Shown: positions 1-9,251 of the stretch, one piece after another | Numbering within the stretch: position 1 is the stretch's first letter | How the letters are laid out: the number at the start of each line of letters is the position of its first letter | Virus record (IMG/VR): IMGVR_UViG_3300005512_000321 | Span: 1-24,379 of that record | Direction: 5' to 3' (one strand) | DNA length: 24,379 nt | From: a virus | Taxonomy: Duplodnaviria > Caudoviricetes | Position numbers and translations under genes: made by a program | Notes under the pieces: model-generated | Told to the model about the DNA's origin: nothing | What the model saw: only the letters and a program-made list of their open reading frames with translations | Database searches by the model: none

Positions 1-829
1 TACCATCGTTTGGCTGGTTGAACCAACCTGAAGCATTAAAGTCAACAAACACCGTGCCTTCAGAACTATTATAACCAAACTCACTCACACCTATGGTTGC
101 TACATCAGAAGAGCGTGTGGCTGTGGAGCCGCTTGTGGGTATGTAGCTTGTGGGGAATGATCCGGCTTCGAGTTGTGCGCCCCAGACGTAGACGCCTGAC
201 GTGCCGTCGCCTGTGTAAACAGGTAGTTCGCCAGATGTGCCGTCAGTTATTGAAAATTGAATACCATCACCAGAAAGTAACGATTCTGAACACGTCATGG
301 ATACTCGATACCAACCGTCCCCAATAAACTGAGAATCTGTGTTCACAAGATAAGCGCCACCGCTTTCATATACTGAACCATCTGAAGGATCAAAAGTAAC
401 CCACGCTACATCTGATCCCAAACCGAATGGTCTAAGTTGAATATATCGCCCTAAGTTTTTTTGCTTAATATAAACAGAAACCGTCCAGTTAGCAGAAGCA
501 GCACCGAAAACAATATACACACTGTGGTAATTAATTGACGCTTCTTCGATAATCTCTATTGTGTTTTGAGTGCCGTCAGGAGCTGTTATGTCAGATGCAA
601 CACTGTCTGAAGATGCTTGATTTACCCACTGACTAAAATCTTCACTATACGTAACTAAATTAGTCCTTGCCTCCTCAACCAACAGCCCCAACCTATTACC
701 ATCCGAATCATACTCAATTCGCGGTTCATTGGTCGATGCTGTTTTCAGTATGCCGTCAGAGTCTAAGTATGTTGCACTAGACGCTCTGGTAAACGTGATC
801 AAATCTGCATAGTTATCGTACTGCTTCAT
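1..829 (-). CDS. Spike/fibre-type virion protein, paralogous to 826..3183; truncated by the window edge and absent from the ORF track
   Basis: The ATG at 829 overlaps the upstream TGA (ATGA). I translated the frame by hand and it is open to position 1: MKQYDNYADLITFTRASSATYLDSDGILKTASTNEPRIEYDSDGNRLGLLVEEARTNLVTYSEDFSQW...GVYVWGAQLEAGSFPTSYIPTSGSTATRSSDVATIGVSEFGYNSSEGTVFVDF. The TFTRAS, GLLVEEARTN and PTSYIPT motifs are typical of phage head-spike/fibre proteins with lectin-like beta-sandwich domains. Confidence 0.85.
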   Translation of the reverse strand, partial: MKQYDNYADLITFTRASSATYLDSDGILKTASTNEPRIEYDSDGNRLGLLVEEARTNLVTYSEDFSQWVNQASSDSVASDITAPDGTQNTIEIIEEASINYHSVYIVFGAASANWTVSVYIKQKNLGRYIQLRPFGLGSDVAWVTFDPSDGSVYESGGAYLVNTDSQFIGDGWYRVSMTCSESLLSGDGIQFSITDGTSGELPVYTGDGTSGVYVWGAQLEAGSFPTSYIPTSGSTATRSSDVATIGVSEFGYNSSEGTVFVDFNASGWFNQPNDG

Positions 830-3183
830 TCTGACCACCCTTTATCAACGAATGATGATTCTGTGCTGTCGAAAGATAAACTCAATGATGGCTCAAGCGA
901 TGGCGCTGTGGCCTCTGCTATACCCGCGTCACCAATGTCCTTGTCCCAGATGCGGAACTCAGAGATGGTGCCCATGTAGTCATAGCCGAGTGATAGGTCA
1001 GTGCTAGACAAATCAGGTAGAGCCGTTGGTGTTGTGTCAGCGGTTAAAGCTGTGCCAGATACTGCGCCGTTAATGAAAGTTGATCCGTGACGTGATGCAA
1101 TGTTGTACGGGACAAGGATGTCTGGTGAATAATAATCCCCACTTGCACTCAATACGCTATAAAAATTTCCAGACTCAAGCGTTCGAAAATATTGTTGGCC
1201 AGTTCGCGTTGATGATGTATTAACAAAATTAGAAATATAATTGTTTGAATCTTCTTCCCAGTTAAACTGCCTAACTTCAAAAACTTCACCATCATCAGCA
1301 TACGTCATACGCCCATCCATCTGTATAGACACAGACAGTGGGTTTATCTCACGGACGGAGATGTTGTCGGCAAACGTGTGGGCATCGGTTTGATTGCTGT
1401 TTGCAATAGCAATGCTGGCATTTGAAACAGTTGCAACAAAGATAAACGTATAATTGGTGTCAGTAGATGGGGAAACACTGCCCGTCCTGCCAATCACAGT
1501 CCCGCCTCCCCCTGCAGTATTAAAGATACGACACTCAACAGTGTTTGCGGTTCCCGCATTTAGGGTGACAGATACAGAGTAAACCTTTCCGACTTCCAAA
1601 GTAATTGGCTGATACGCCGATCCAAAGTTTGCACCTGCGTTTGTAACCTTTAGTTTGCTGGTTTCAACGCTAATGGTAGAAACTGCATTTGCAGTCCACC
1701 CACTCGTATCCGTATCAAACGTCCCATTCGTCACCAACTCATCACCAATGTACTGCACCGTAGGCCAAGGCAGGTTAGCCGATGGGATTGTCAAGGACTC
1801 AGCGGATCTTGTTACAGAGGAGCCTGAAGTTGGGATTAGCGATGAAGGCAAAGACGATGTTTGCTCTATTTGAAAATGCGCTATGTAATAACCTGACGTA
1901 TCATCGCCAGTCCATAGATAATTTGATCCGGTATTGTTGGTTGCATCTTGACAAATCATTGCCGCGAAACTGCCCGTATTTGATGTTAAGTAATTCACAT
2001 AGCACAAATACCAACCATTACCTTGCGGGATTATTCCAGCGCCTTTGCAGATAGTGGAGCCTGACGGAATATCAACCGTGCCATTAACAAGATCAAATAC
2101 AGGCATTTCACCTGCACCACCAGATCCGCCACCTGCCATTGCCGCATAAACACCGTCACCAGCATCTTTAGCCAACATCCAAACACAATAATTAGTGCTA
2201 GACGATATTGCCGCTTGATTTACTCTATACTGAGTGTTTCCACCGCTTCCCGATATTAGCTTCCACGCAGTTCCAATAGGACTGTCCACTCCAGACGCAG
2301 AAGAAACAGTGGCGCTAAGGGCTGTCCAACCAGTTGTTGTCTCGCTTAAATCATTTGAGTATAGCGCTAAATTCGTCCGCGCCTCACTCTCAGCCAACAC
2401 ACCCTCCTTCACCCACTCATAGCCATTGTAGACATGGTGTCCACGGCGGGGTAGGTAGACTGCTGAGGATGTTGTAGGGACGTATGAGTCTCCACGGTCT
2501 GGGTTGTTTACCATGCCGCCTAGGTCGGAGCGGTAGAGGTGAACGGAGTTGATCGTGATAGTTGACCCTGTAGTGATTGATCTATTTGTATCTACTCGGT
2601 TTATATATAAAGCCAAATTACCAGAAAACGTAGTGGAGGCAGAAAAATCAGCTTCAACAGTCCACTGGTTTGTAGAGCCATCTATCGTAATAGTAGCTCT
2701 ATAAGAATCAGAACCATCTGAGTTATCAACCAATTCCAAATCAAAAGTATCCCCAGCTTCGCCGCCAGATATTGTTACTTTTGCCGTATATTTGCCTTTC
2801 ACGTCAACACTAAAATTAGGACGCCAACGAATATATGTGGTAATACTGGTAAATGTAAAATCATTAGTATTTGAAATTACGCCATCACCGTATACCTGAG
2901 ATGATTGAGAAAGATCATTACTATACGACAGCAAATTATGCGGTGCCCACTTAATCAGACCATCAGAGTCTGTCATAGTGGCGTTACCAGCACGGGCGTG
3001 AGTGATTAGGTTGGAGAATGTGGTTTCAGCTTCAGCGTAGCTGTAATATTCATCAGTAAATGAAGCTACTAACTCCGGTACAACGCCATTTACTGCGTAA
3101 GTGTCACCTACGCCCGCAACGCGTTTTATAGCAAAACGAACTGCCGAGTAAATCGCCCGTTTTACTGCGCTTAGCAAAGGCAT
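826..3183 (-). CDS. Multi-domain spike/fibre protein (785 aa) with carbohydrate-binding-like modules
   Basis: Ser/Thr/Gly/Asn-rich. It carries the same connector motifs (ITHARAGNATMTDSDG, GVLAESEARTNL, PSSLIPTSGSSVTRSAE) and an ELVTNGTFDTDTSGW CBM-like domain start. TAATG coupling to the upstream gene. Confidence 0.8.
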   Translation of the reverse strand: MPLLSAVKRAIYSAVRFAIKRVAGVGDTYAVNGVVPELVASFTDEYYSYAEAETTFSNLITHARAGNATMTDSDGLIKWAPHNLLSYSNDLSQSSQVYGDGVISNTNDFTFTSITTYIRWRPNFSVDVKGKYTAKVTISGGEAGDTFDLELVDNSDGSDSYRATITIDGSTNQWTVEADFSASTTFSGNLALYINRVDTNRSITTGSTITINSVHLYRSDLGGMVNNPDRGDSYVPTTSSAVYLPRRGHHVYNGYEWVKEGVLAESEARTNLALYSNDLSETTTGWTALSATVSSASGVDSPIGTAWKLISGSGGNTQYRVNQAAISSSTNYCVWMLAKDAGDGVYAAMAGGGSGGAGEMPVFDLVNGTVDIPSGSTICKGAGIIPQGNGWYLCYVNYLTSNTGSFAAMICQDATNNTGSNYLWTGDDTSGYYIAHFQIEQTSSLPSSLIPTSGSSVTRSAESLTIPSANLPWPTVQYIGDELVTNGTFDTDTSGWTANAVSTISVETSKLKVTNAGANFGSAYQPITLEVGKVYSVSVTLNAGTANTVECRIFNTAGGGGTVIGRTGSVSPSTDTNYTFIFVATVSNASIAIANSNQTDAHTFADNISVREINPLSVSIQMDGRMTYADDGEVFEVRQFNWEEDSNNYISNFVNTSSTRTGQQYFRTLESGNFYSVLSASGDYYSPDILVPYNIASRHGSTFINGAVSGTALTADTTPTALPDLSSTDLSLGYDYMGTISEFRIWDKDIGDAGIAEATAPSLEPSLSLSFDSTESSFVDKGWSE

Positions 3184-3410
3184 TATACAAGCTCAAAAGA
3201 AGCGCCGTTTAACGCGGCTACAGTGATTTTAGCGTAGCCGGGCTCTATGACATAGATTCCGTCTTTTGTGAACTCTTCAGTAGCGCTGGACCCAATACCA
3301 ACGCCAGAAAAGTCCATGCTAACTGAAACCGAACCACCATTGACTTTTACGCCCATAGTTACTGGCTTACCAGTGCCAATGAAAGTGGTAGATGTAGTAA
3401 AGTAAGGCAT
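3183..3410 (-). CDS. Small hypothetical protein (75 aa), likely beta-rich and virion-associated
   Basis: GGAGG RBS at 3416-3420, stop overlaps the next start (TAATG), and it lies directly downstream of a predicted promoter. Confidence 0.7.
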   Translation of the reverse strand: MPYFTTSTTFIGTGKPVTMGVKVNGGSVSVSMDFSGVGIGSSATEEFTKDGIYVIEPGYAKITVAALNGASFELV

Positions 3411-3425
3411 GCAGCCCTCCTGTAT

Positions 3426-3451
3426 AAGTTAAACCTATGAGGGTTTAACTT
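3426..3451. repeat. Perfect 10-bp inverted repeat AAGTTAAACC-N6-GGTTTAACTT
   Basis: Arms read directly at 3426-3435 and 3442-3451, between the promoter -10 and the RBS of the 75-aa gene. Confidence 0.8.
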
Positions 3452-3453
3452 GC

Positions 3454-3481
3454 ATTATATTAGCAACACTAATTTTAGCAA
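3454..3481 (-). promoter_or_regulatory. Sigma70-like promoter with ATTAG-N5-CTAAT dyad (fibre module)
   Basis: Minus strand reads TTGCTA-16 bp-TATAAT; dyad at 3459-3473. Confidence 0.65.
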
Positions 3482-3509
3482 GTATTATCCCGTGGCGCAC
3501 TATGCGCGT

Positions 3510-3857
3510 TCAATAAACCCACATAACCGGTGTGGTTTTTCGTAAATCGACGTGTACAAAGTCTTTGCCTACGCCGATGCCAGTGAACCCCAATGCAATT
3601 GCATTACTTACAATAGCCATCCTTTGAGCGCCGTTACTTACCGCTATGTCTGCAGCAATACCCTGTGCGTGCTGGCCGGGCGTAGTCTTAGCAGCTTCAA
3701 TGCTATGGCTAGGCGACCGGTAGCCAGACGTAATTACAAATGGAAATCCGCACTTTTCACGGAGAATGTCCAGTGTTCGTATAAACTCGCTATCCATGCG
3801 ATTCTCACCTGTCTCTTGGCAGTTGAACTCTTCTAGTGTGAAGTATTTGTAGGTCAT
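3510..3857 (-). CDS. Peptidase M15-family Zn peptidase, probable endolysin (115 aa)
   Basis: Characteristic M15A motifs: YFTLEEFNC, ITSGYRSPSH, GQHAQGIAADI (HxxxxAxD) and FVHVDLR. Confidence 0.9.
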   Translation of the reverse strand: MTYKYFTLEEFNCQETGENRMDSEFIRTLDILREKCGFPFVITSGYRSPSHSIEAAKTTPGQHAQGIAADIAVSNGAQRMAIVSNAIALGFTGIGVGKDFVHVDLRKTTPVMWVY

Positions 3858-3863
3858 AGCTTC

Positions 3864-6800
3864 TTAGTCTGATGCAAACGTTAGAGGTAAGCGGGAGCCG
3901 ATAGTCTTAGTAATATCAAAGCCATTATCAATCAACTTATCGACAGTTTCTGCAGTAGGGCCAGCTAACGGTAGCAGAGGATTCTTACCCCACTCAGAGT
4001 TCTGATGCATCATACCAGCTACAGCGAACGGGCCCATAAACCCAGACCGATCAAAGATCTCAACAAAGTACTGACCCCAGTCCATGTTATCCGACCTGAA
4101 GTATCTATCCGTGGCTACAGCTCCGGGTACTATAGAAGCCAACCCGTACTTAGCGTATTCTCTAAGTTCAAGCGCAAGCATTGCTAGCGGCATAGTAGCT
4201 ATCGCTGTCAGTGCTAACACAGCCGTAGTAGCTGTTAATTGTGGCATGCCTGTGCCTGCACCTTCGCTGGTTCGGTTCCGCATCTCACGAAGAACGCCGC
4301 CTACAATAACCTTCTGGTATGCATACATAAAGGATTTGAGCTGCCATACCAACGCCCATCTCGGATCAGAGGCCCAGATAGGGCGCTCTGCTGCGTTTGG
4401 GCGAAGGATAGACGATTCTACAAACCGTTGAAGCGCCTTAGTGACCTTCTTACCTTCAGGAGTATCAAGACGGCGGTTTGATCTATCCCACTTCTTAACA
4501 TCTTCCGCTGTAAGGCCGAGTTCCTGTAGGTAGCGCTCAGAACGCGGGTTGTTGAACTTATTTTCGGCGTGACGAATTATGAACTGTACGCCCATACCTG
4601 CTGCAAACTCGCGCGTAAACTTGGTGTACCAGTTGAGCCCGATAGCGTTAAAGTACCAGTCGGACATCTTACGGACCTTTGGGTCCATAAAGTCTTGTTC
4701 AGCTTCGGTTATCCAAGTGTTCGCTACTACTTCGCTCGTTATAACGCCTATATCACGGGCGAACTGCTGCGACTCTGCTCTGTTCTTTATCGATGCACCT
4801 ATCTCTTTGAAGGCCGTGACAAACGTATCAAAGTTAAGTTCTTTAGAGTTTATAACTGGGCCAGCAAGCTCCGGTAACGACGCAAGCGTAGCAAATGGTA
4901 GTATCGTAACGAACTGGAGAAACTGGCCGTAGCTGTTAACTTTGCGCCACACTGGGCCAATCGGATTTGACTGATAGCCTAAGTAAGTGGCTATAATGCC
5001 TTCTACTTCTGCCCTATCACGTTCGCTGAGCTTGGCAAGTTCTGGCTCAAGCATGTCTACGCCATTCGCGTCTTTAGTGTGAGCATTCCACTCAACCCGC
5101 GTAGCAACGTGACGAACGTAGCTTACTAGAGCTTCTTTAGGATCTTGTAAAAAGCCCTGTTCCTGCAGCAGTTCTCGCGGGACGTTAGCTGTAAGCTGAC
5201 GCGCTTGCTCGACGCTGCTAGCTGGGTTAGTTGCGTTAAAGTCTACCGGGCCGTCGTTCTGTATTGAGTGGTTAAACTCACGCAACCTTTGCACAGCTTC
5301 TCTGGCGCGGGCTGCAGTTATGCCGGGGTTATTAGCCACGATGATGGATATAAAATCATCTTCCCGCTCTACTGCTTCCATCAAATTAATGACCGTCGGG
5401 AAGAAGTCTTGCTGACGGCCTATGTTCGTATTCGACGGCTCGATGTAGTCTACATAGATATCGTCTAAAAACTTACGAACTGATTGCGCCATAGGTGATA
5501 GCGACGCTGTCGGCTCGCTAGTAGCAGCCTCTGCTATAGCTGCCTGTACATTCTCGTCGGCTAAACTACCGACGTCTTTTTCAAACTTGTTTTGCAAGTC
5601 GTCTACTTTACGAGCCTTTGCACCTAAGAACCCTAAATCACCGCCGCCAGCTTTGTCTTGTGAGCGGACGTAAAACATATTCGCCAGCTTATTACCAGCT
5701 ATCCCACGTAATACGCCATCAGCTGTGCGTACAAACTTCAACAAGGGGCGAACGTTTGGTTTGTTTGCTACATCTGTTATACTTTTACGCCAATGAGCAG
5801 CTAATGCTTCGCCGCCTTGCTCTACAACAACTCGTACCATCTCTTTCGCTAGTTGCTTCTTAGCAAACGATGTCTTGTTAAATTCCTTGCCATCACGCCT
5901 TGCTTCAAGTACAGCGTCCATAAACTGATCAAACTGCTGATCAACTTTACCAGTAAGACGGCGCTTGAAAATGCTATCCATCGACCTGTACAGAGAGCGG
6001 ATCTTATTGACAAGTTCTTTGAAGTGGCGCTCTACAAGCGACTTAGCCTGCTTACGTACAAATCTGCGGCTCGCCCACTTAGCTACTTGATCGGCATACC
6101 ACTCATCAAACCCACGTTCTTCATTGTACTTAGTGACGTAACTTTGATACTGCTTGTCTTTCTTGTAGGTTCTAAGCAGGGCAGCGCGCAACGCTCGTTT
6201 GTCCAATGCGCTGTCCATATGTTCCGCAAACATTACGTGGCCTATCTCGTGCGCCGCAGATAAAGCTGTCTGAAGCGGGTTAGCTTGTTCACGTAAGATT
6301 ATTACTGGTCTGCCGTTCAATCCGGTTATAGAGCGCCCGTACAGTTTTGGGCGCGTTCTAAACGCTTCTATAGAATCGAGGATGGTCCTATAGTCAGCTT
6401 CGTCTTTAAATGTAGCTCGCAGTTGCGCGTCAGAAGCGGACAATAACTGCTGCGCGTTTAACACCATAGGCTTGGTACGTAACTTAATCGTATTAAACAG
6501 ATTAGCTATAAACGTACCTACGCTTTCGTCAGCAAACTGCATCTCTTGTACTGGCTCAACTGCGAAAGTACTTGGTGCTGCGCCGACTCTTCTATCTATC
6601 CCAGCAGTGTCGTCTCTGGGATCACCCATCATTTTTTCTATTTCTGTCTGCCCTATCTCTTCGACTGGCATGTCGTTAGGGTCAAACTCGCCGACTCTAC
6701 GAACTACGTCGTAGCCTTGTCTTTGGCCGTAAAAACGCTCGAACGCGTCTGCAGCTTCTGGTGTCACATCGCGCTGCATAGCAACAATGTTGTCCGTTCG

Positions 6801-9251
6801 TGTGCCATCTTCGGCCACTTCGTACGCTATAACAGTAAGCCCTTGAGAAGGGGCTACAGAAGAACGTGGCGCTAGCAGCTCTCGTAGGCGTACGTTAGTA
6901 CCTTCTGCTCGGCCAGCTACAACATTCATAGCGTCTGGCAAACGCCCTTGCACGTCGTAAAGAGATGTACCGTTTACGAGAACGTCGTACCCTTCAAGGC
7001 GAAAGTCCGCTAGTATTTCTTGCAGTCCTTTCTGAGACGATTCAAACTGGGTATCACCTTGGAAAGTGCTATCACCACGTTCTTGTACTAGGCGTCTACC
7101 GGCGTTGGTTAAGTCCACCATGTTGACTTTGACTGCTTTGCCGTCTGGTCGAACTACTACTACGGGGGAAGTTCTAGAGAACTTACTGCGACTAGCTTTG
7201 TTAACCGCCTCCGCCACAAACTGCGGGCTGCTCTCGGTAGGGTCTACGGGTAGCCCTTCGCGTATCAGTCTATACTTGCGTACCAGATCGTATCTACCGC
7301 CGCCTTGATCTATTCTGACATCGGCCTGTTCTATCCTAACGTCTGCCGTAGGGTTGGCGATTTGTTCATCGACTGCTTTTTGTAGCAGCGCCTCTGTCAT
7401 GCTACCAAAGAACGGATCGTCCCAGTTCGTCTCGCCGAAAGTAGCTTCGTACTCTGCACGAGCGCTGTCAGTATTTGCGAACGTCTCGTTCGGATCACGC
7501 CTAATATTAAACGTACCAACTTCAACTGTTTCTATATCAGCCTCTTGTACGTCAGTTCGCTCTGACAGTTGTGCTTTAAGGCTGGACAGCTCTTCTGAGT
7601 CTATGTCACGTACTACCGGGCCTTGCTCACGCTCAACGCGCGCGTTTCGTTCTTCTAGTGCTTTTTCGACTGTAGTCTGACGGATGCTGCCGCCTTCTGG
7701 CATAATGCTGGTTGCAGCGCCAAATGCGTCTGCTAAACCAGCCGAGTCTGTTACTTCTTCAGATACAACGCCGCCATCGCGATCAACAACCTGTACTACT
7801 GTGTCGCCGGGCTGAGCTGCGTTCTTAGGTTTGCTGTAGCCTAAAGCATCTGACAGTGACTGATCGCTAGCGTTTGACGCAACTACTGACTCAACTACGT
7901 TTTTATTCGTAGATACAATAGTGCCCCTGCCGGGTACAAAAGCTGCGTACGCAAGCTCTCCGTTTACCGTTATCTCTGTCGGTTTGCCTGTACGGGCTTG
8001 GTACTGCGGGGTATCTCCAGCAATCCACACCGCTTCTTTGGAGCTGGTCTCGTCAACCATAGCGCTAAGCTGAGCATTAATGTCAGCCTGTGGCTCTGGG
8101 GTCGTGTACCCAGACATTACATCACCGTACTGCTCGGCGTTAACCTGCTGGTCAAACTGCTGCGTCTGACCAGAATCCATGTAGCGTCTAGCTTTATCAA
8201 TGACGTTTGCTACAGCGGTTATCGGGGCCGAGTCTGCTATAGCGTCTCTGTTAGATAGTACACTACCGGCCGCACCACCGGCTGCACCTACAGCGCCACC
8301 ACTAAAGAATCCAGCGAACGCTGCCTCGCCGAGACGCATCGCCGCATCCTGTGCAGTGAATGAGTCATCCATAGACGCTCTATTAGCAGCAGAAATAGCC
8401 TCTTGTACCGTCTCTGTACCGGCTTCTGTAGCAGCGGACCTGCCAGCAGTAGTCGCTATGTCTTGCGCCAGCTGCTTAAATATAGACCCGTCTTTCACTG
8501 CTCTATTTTTGGCTACGTTGCTAAACGCTTTTAGGATAGCGGCTTCACCGCCAGCGCCAACTGCAGCAACTGGAGCGCCTACTAGAAATGCTCGGAACGC
8601 TTCGTCTGTGTTTAGCTCTCTGCCAGATTCTAGCGATTCTCGCGCACTACCTGCTGTAGCTGACACGTATTCGGTGCCGAATGCGCCAGCGAGTGCGCCT
8701 CTCTTTGTGTAGTCGTATGCTGCCTGAGCGATAACGCGTTCGTCTGGGGTGGCCACGCCTTTTACAGTGCGCTCTAGCGAGTCTTGAACAATTCTATCAG
8801 CAGCTTTTTTGGCTACTTTTTTGCCTACTACTTTGCCTACAATGCCACCAACGCCGCCGCCAGCTATACTAGTTATGGCGAATGGTACTGTCTGGCCGGA
8901 TAGTTTGCCTACCTGAGCAAAGAACCCCTCTACAGTGGGCTCACTGTAAAAGTCCTCAAAGGATTGTACGCCTTCAACAGCTCGTGCGGCAGCCTGCTCC
9001 GACTGCTGCGCTAACCGAACATTCTGGGCTGCAGCCTCTTCGTCGCCGGTAACTACGTTTAGCAGTCCTTTGAAATATTCGACGTCAGACGCTAAGCCTT
9101 CAGCCCCAGCAGCGGCTCCTACTGCTACGGCTTCGCCTATAGTACTCGGGGCGGGGGCGGGGGCACTAGCTTGCCCCGTTACCAGATCAAGCGCGTTTGT
9201 ATCCTCTGCACCGTCGTATTGAAGGAACTGCTTAATCGGGTCAAATGCCAT
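3864..9251 (-). CDS. Large internal virion/DNA-ejection protein (1795 aa) containing a HExxH motif
   Basis: Size and position after the smaller ejection proteins, N-terminal Ala/Gly-rich hydrophobic helices, HEIGH...DEWYAD, and a C-terminal QLKSFMYAYQ segment like those in large podovirus ejection proteins. Confidence 0.75.
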   Translation of the reverse strand: MAFDPIKQFLQYDGAEDTNALDLVTGQASAPAPAPSTIGEAVAVGAAAGAEGLASDVEYFKGLLNVVTGDEEAAAQNVRLAQQSEQAAARAVEGVQSFEDFYSEPTVEGFFAQVGKLSGQTVPFAITSIAGGGVGGIVGKVVGKKVAKKAADRIVQDSLERTVKGVATPDERVIAQAAYDYTKRGALAGAFGTEYVSATAGSARESLESGRELNTDEAFRAFLVGAPVAAVGAGGEAAILKAFSNVAKNRAVKDGSIFKQLAQDIATTAGRSAATEAGTETVQEAISAANRASMDDSFTAQDAAMRLGEAAFAGFFSGGAVGAAGGAAGSVLSNRDAIADSAPITAVANVIDKARRYMDSGQTQQFDQQVNAEQYGDVMSGYTTPEPQADINAQLSAMVDETSSKEAVWIAGDTPQYQARTGKPTEITVNGELAYAAFVPGRGTIVSTNKNVVESVVASNASDQSLSDALGYSKPKNAAQPGDTVVQVVDRDGGVVSEEVTDSAGLADAFGAATSIMPEGGSIRQTTVEKALEERNARVEREQGPVVRDIDSEELSSLKAQLSERTDVQEADIETVEVGTFNIRRDPNETFANTDSARAEYEATFGETNWDDPFFGSMTEALLQKAVDEQIANPTADVRIEQADVRIDQGGGRYDLVRKYRLIREGLPVDPTESSPQFVAEAVNKASRSKFSRTSPVVVVRPDGKAVKVNMVDLTNAGRRLVQERGDSTFQGDTQFESSQKGLQEILADFRLEGYDVLVNGTSLYDVQGRLPDAMNVVAGRAEGTNVRLRELLAPRSSVAPSQGLTVIAYEVAEDGTRTDNIVAMQRDVTPEAADAFERFYGQRQGYDVVRRVGEFDPNDMPVEEIGQTEIEKMMGDPRDDTAGIDRRVGAAPSTFAVEPVQEMQFADESVGTFIANLFNTIKLRTKPMVLNAQQLLSASDAQLRATFKDEADYRTILDSIEAFRTRPKLYGRSITGLNGRPVIILREQANPLQTALSAAHEIGHVMFAEHMDSALDKRALRAALLRTYKKDKQYQSYVTKYNEERGFDEWYADQVAKWASRRFVRKQAKSLVERHFKELVNKIRSLYRSMDSIFKRRLTGKVDQQFDQFMDAVLEARRDGKEFNKTSFAKKQLAKEMVRVVVEQGGEALAAHWRKSITDVANKPNVRPLLKFVRTADGVLRGIAGNKLANMFYVRSQDKAGGGDLGFLGAKARKVDDLQNKFEKDVGSLADENVQAAIAEAATSEPTASLSPMAQSVRKFLDDIYVDYIEPSNTNIGRQQDFFPTVINLMEAVEREDDFISIIVANNPGITAARAREAVQRLREFNHSIQNDGPVDFNATNPASSVEQARQLTANVPRELLQEQGFLQDPKEALVSYVRHVATRVEWNAHTKDANGVDMLEPELAKLSERDRAEVEGIIATYLGYQSNPIGPVWRKVNSYGQFLQFVTILPFATLASLPELAGPVINSKELNFDTFVTAFKEIGASIKNRAESQQFARDIGVITSEVVANTWITEAEQDFMDPKVRKMSDWYFNAIGLNWYTKFTREFAAGMGVQFIIRHAENKFNNPRSERYLQELGLTAEDVKKWDRSNRRLDTPEGKKVTKALQRFVESSILRPNAAERPIWASDPRWALVWQLKSFMYAYQKVIVGGVLREMRNRTSEGAGTGMPQLTATTAVLALTAIATMPLAMLALELREYAKYGLASIVPGAVATDRYFRSDNMDWGQYFVEIFDRSGFMGPFAVAGMMHQNSEWGKNPLLPLAGPTAETVDKLIDNGFDITKTIGSRLPLTFASD

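Noticed and set aside
455-462. In-frame A-AAA-AAC slippery heptamer in the truncated fibre gene
   Set aside because: Lies mid-domain in an AT-rich stretch with no evident stimulatory element; likely chance.
1-3183. Diversity-generating retroelement acting on the fibre genes
   Set aside because: No reverse transcriptase in the window, and I saw no template/variable repeat pair differing at adenines.
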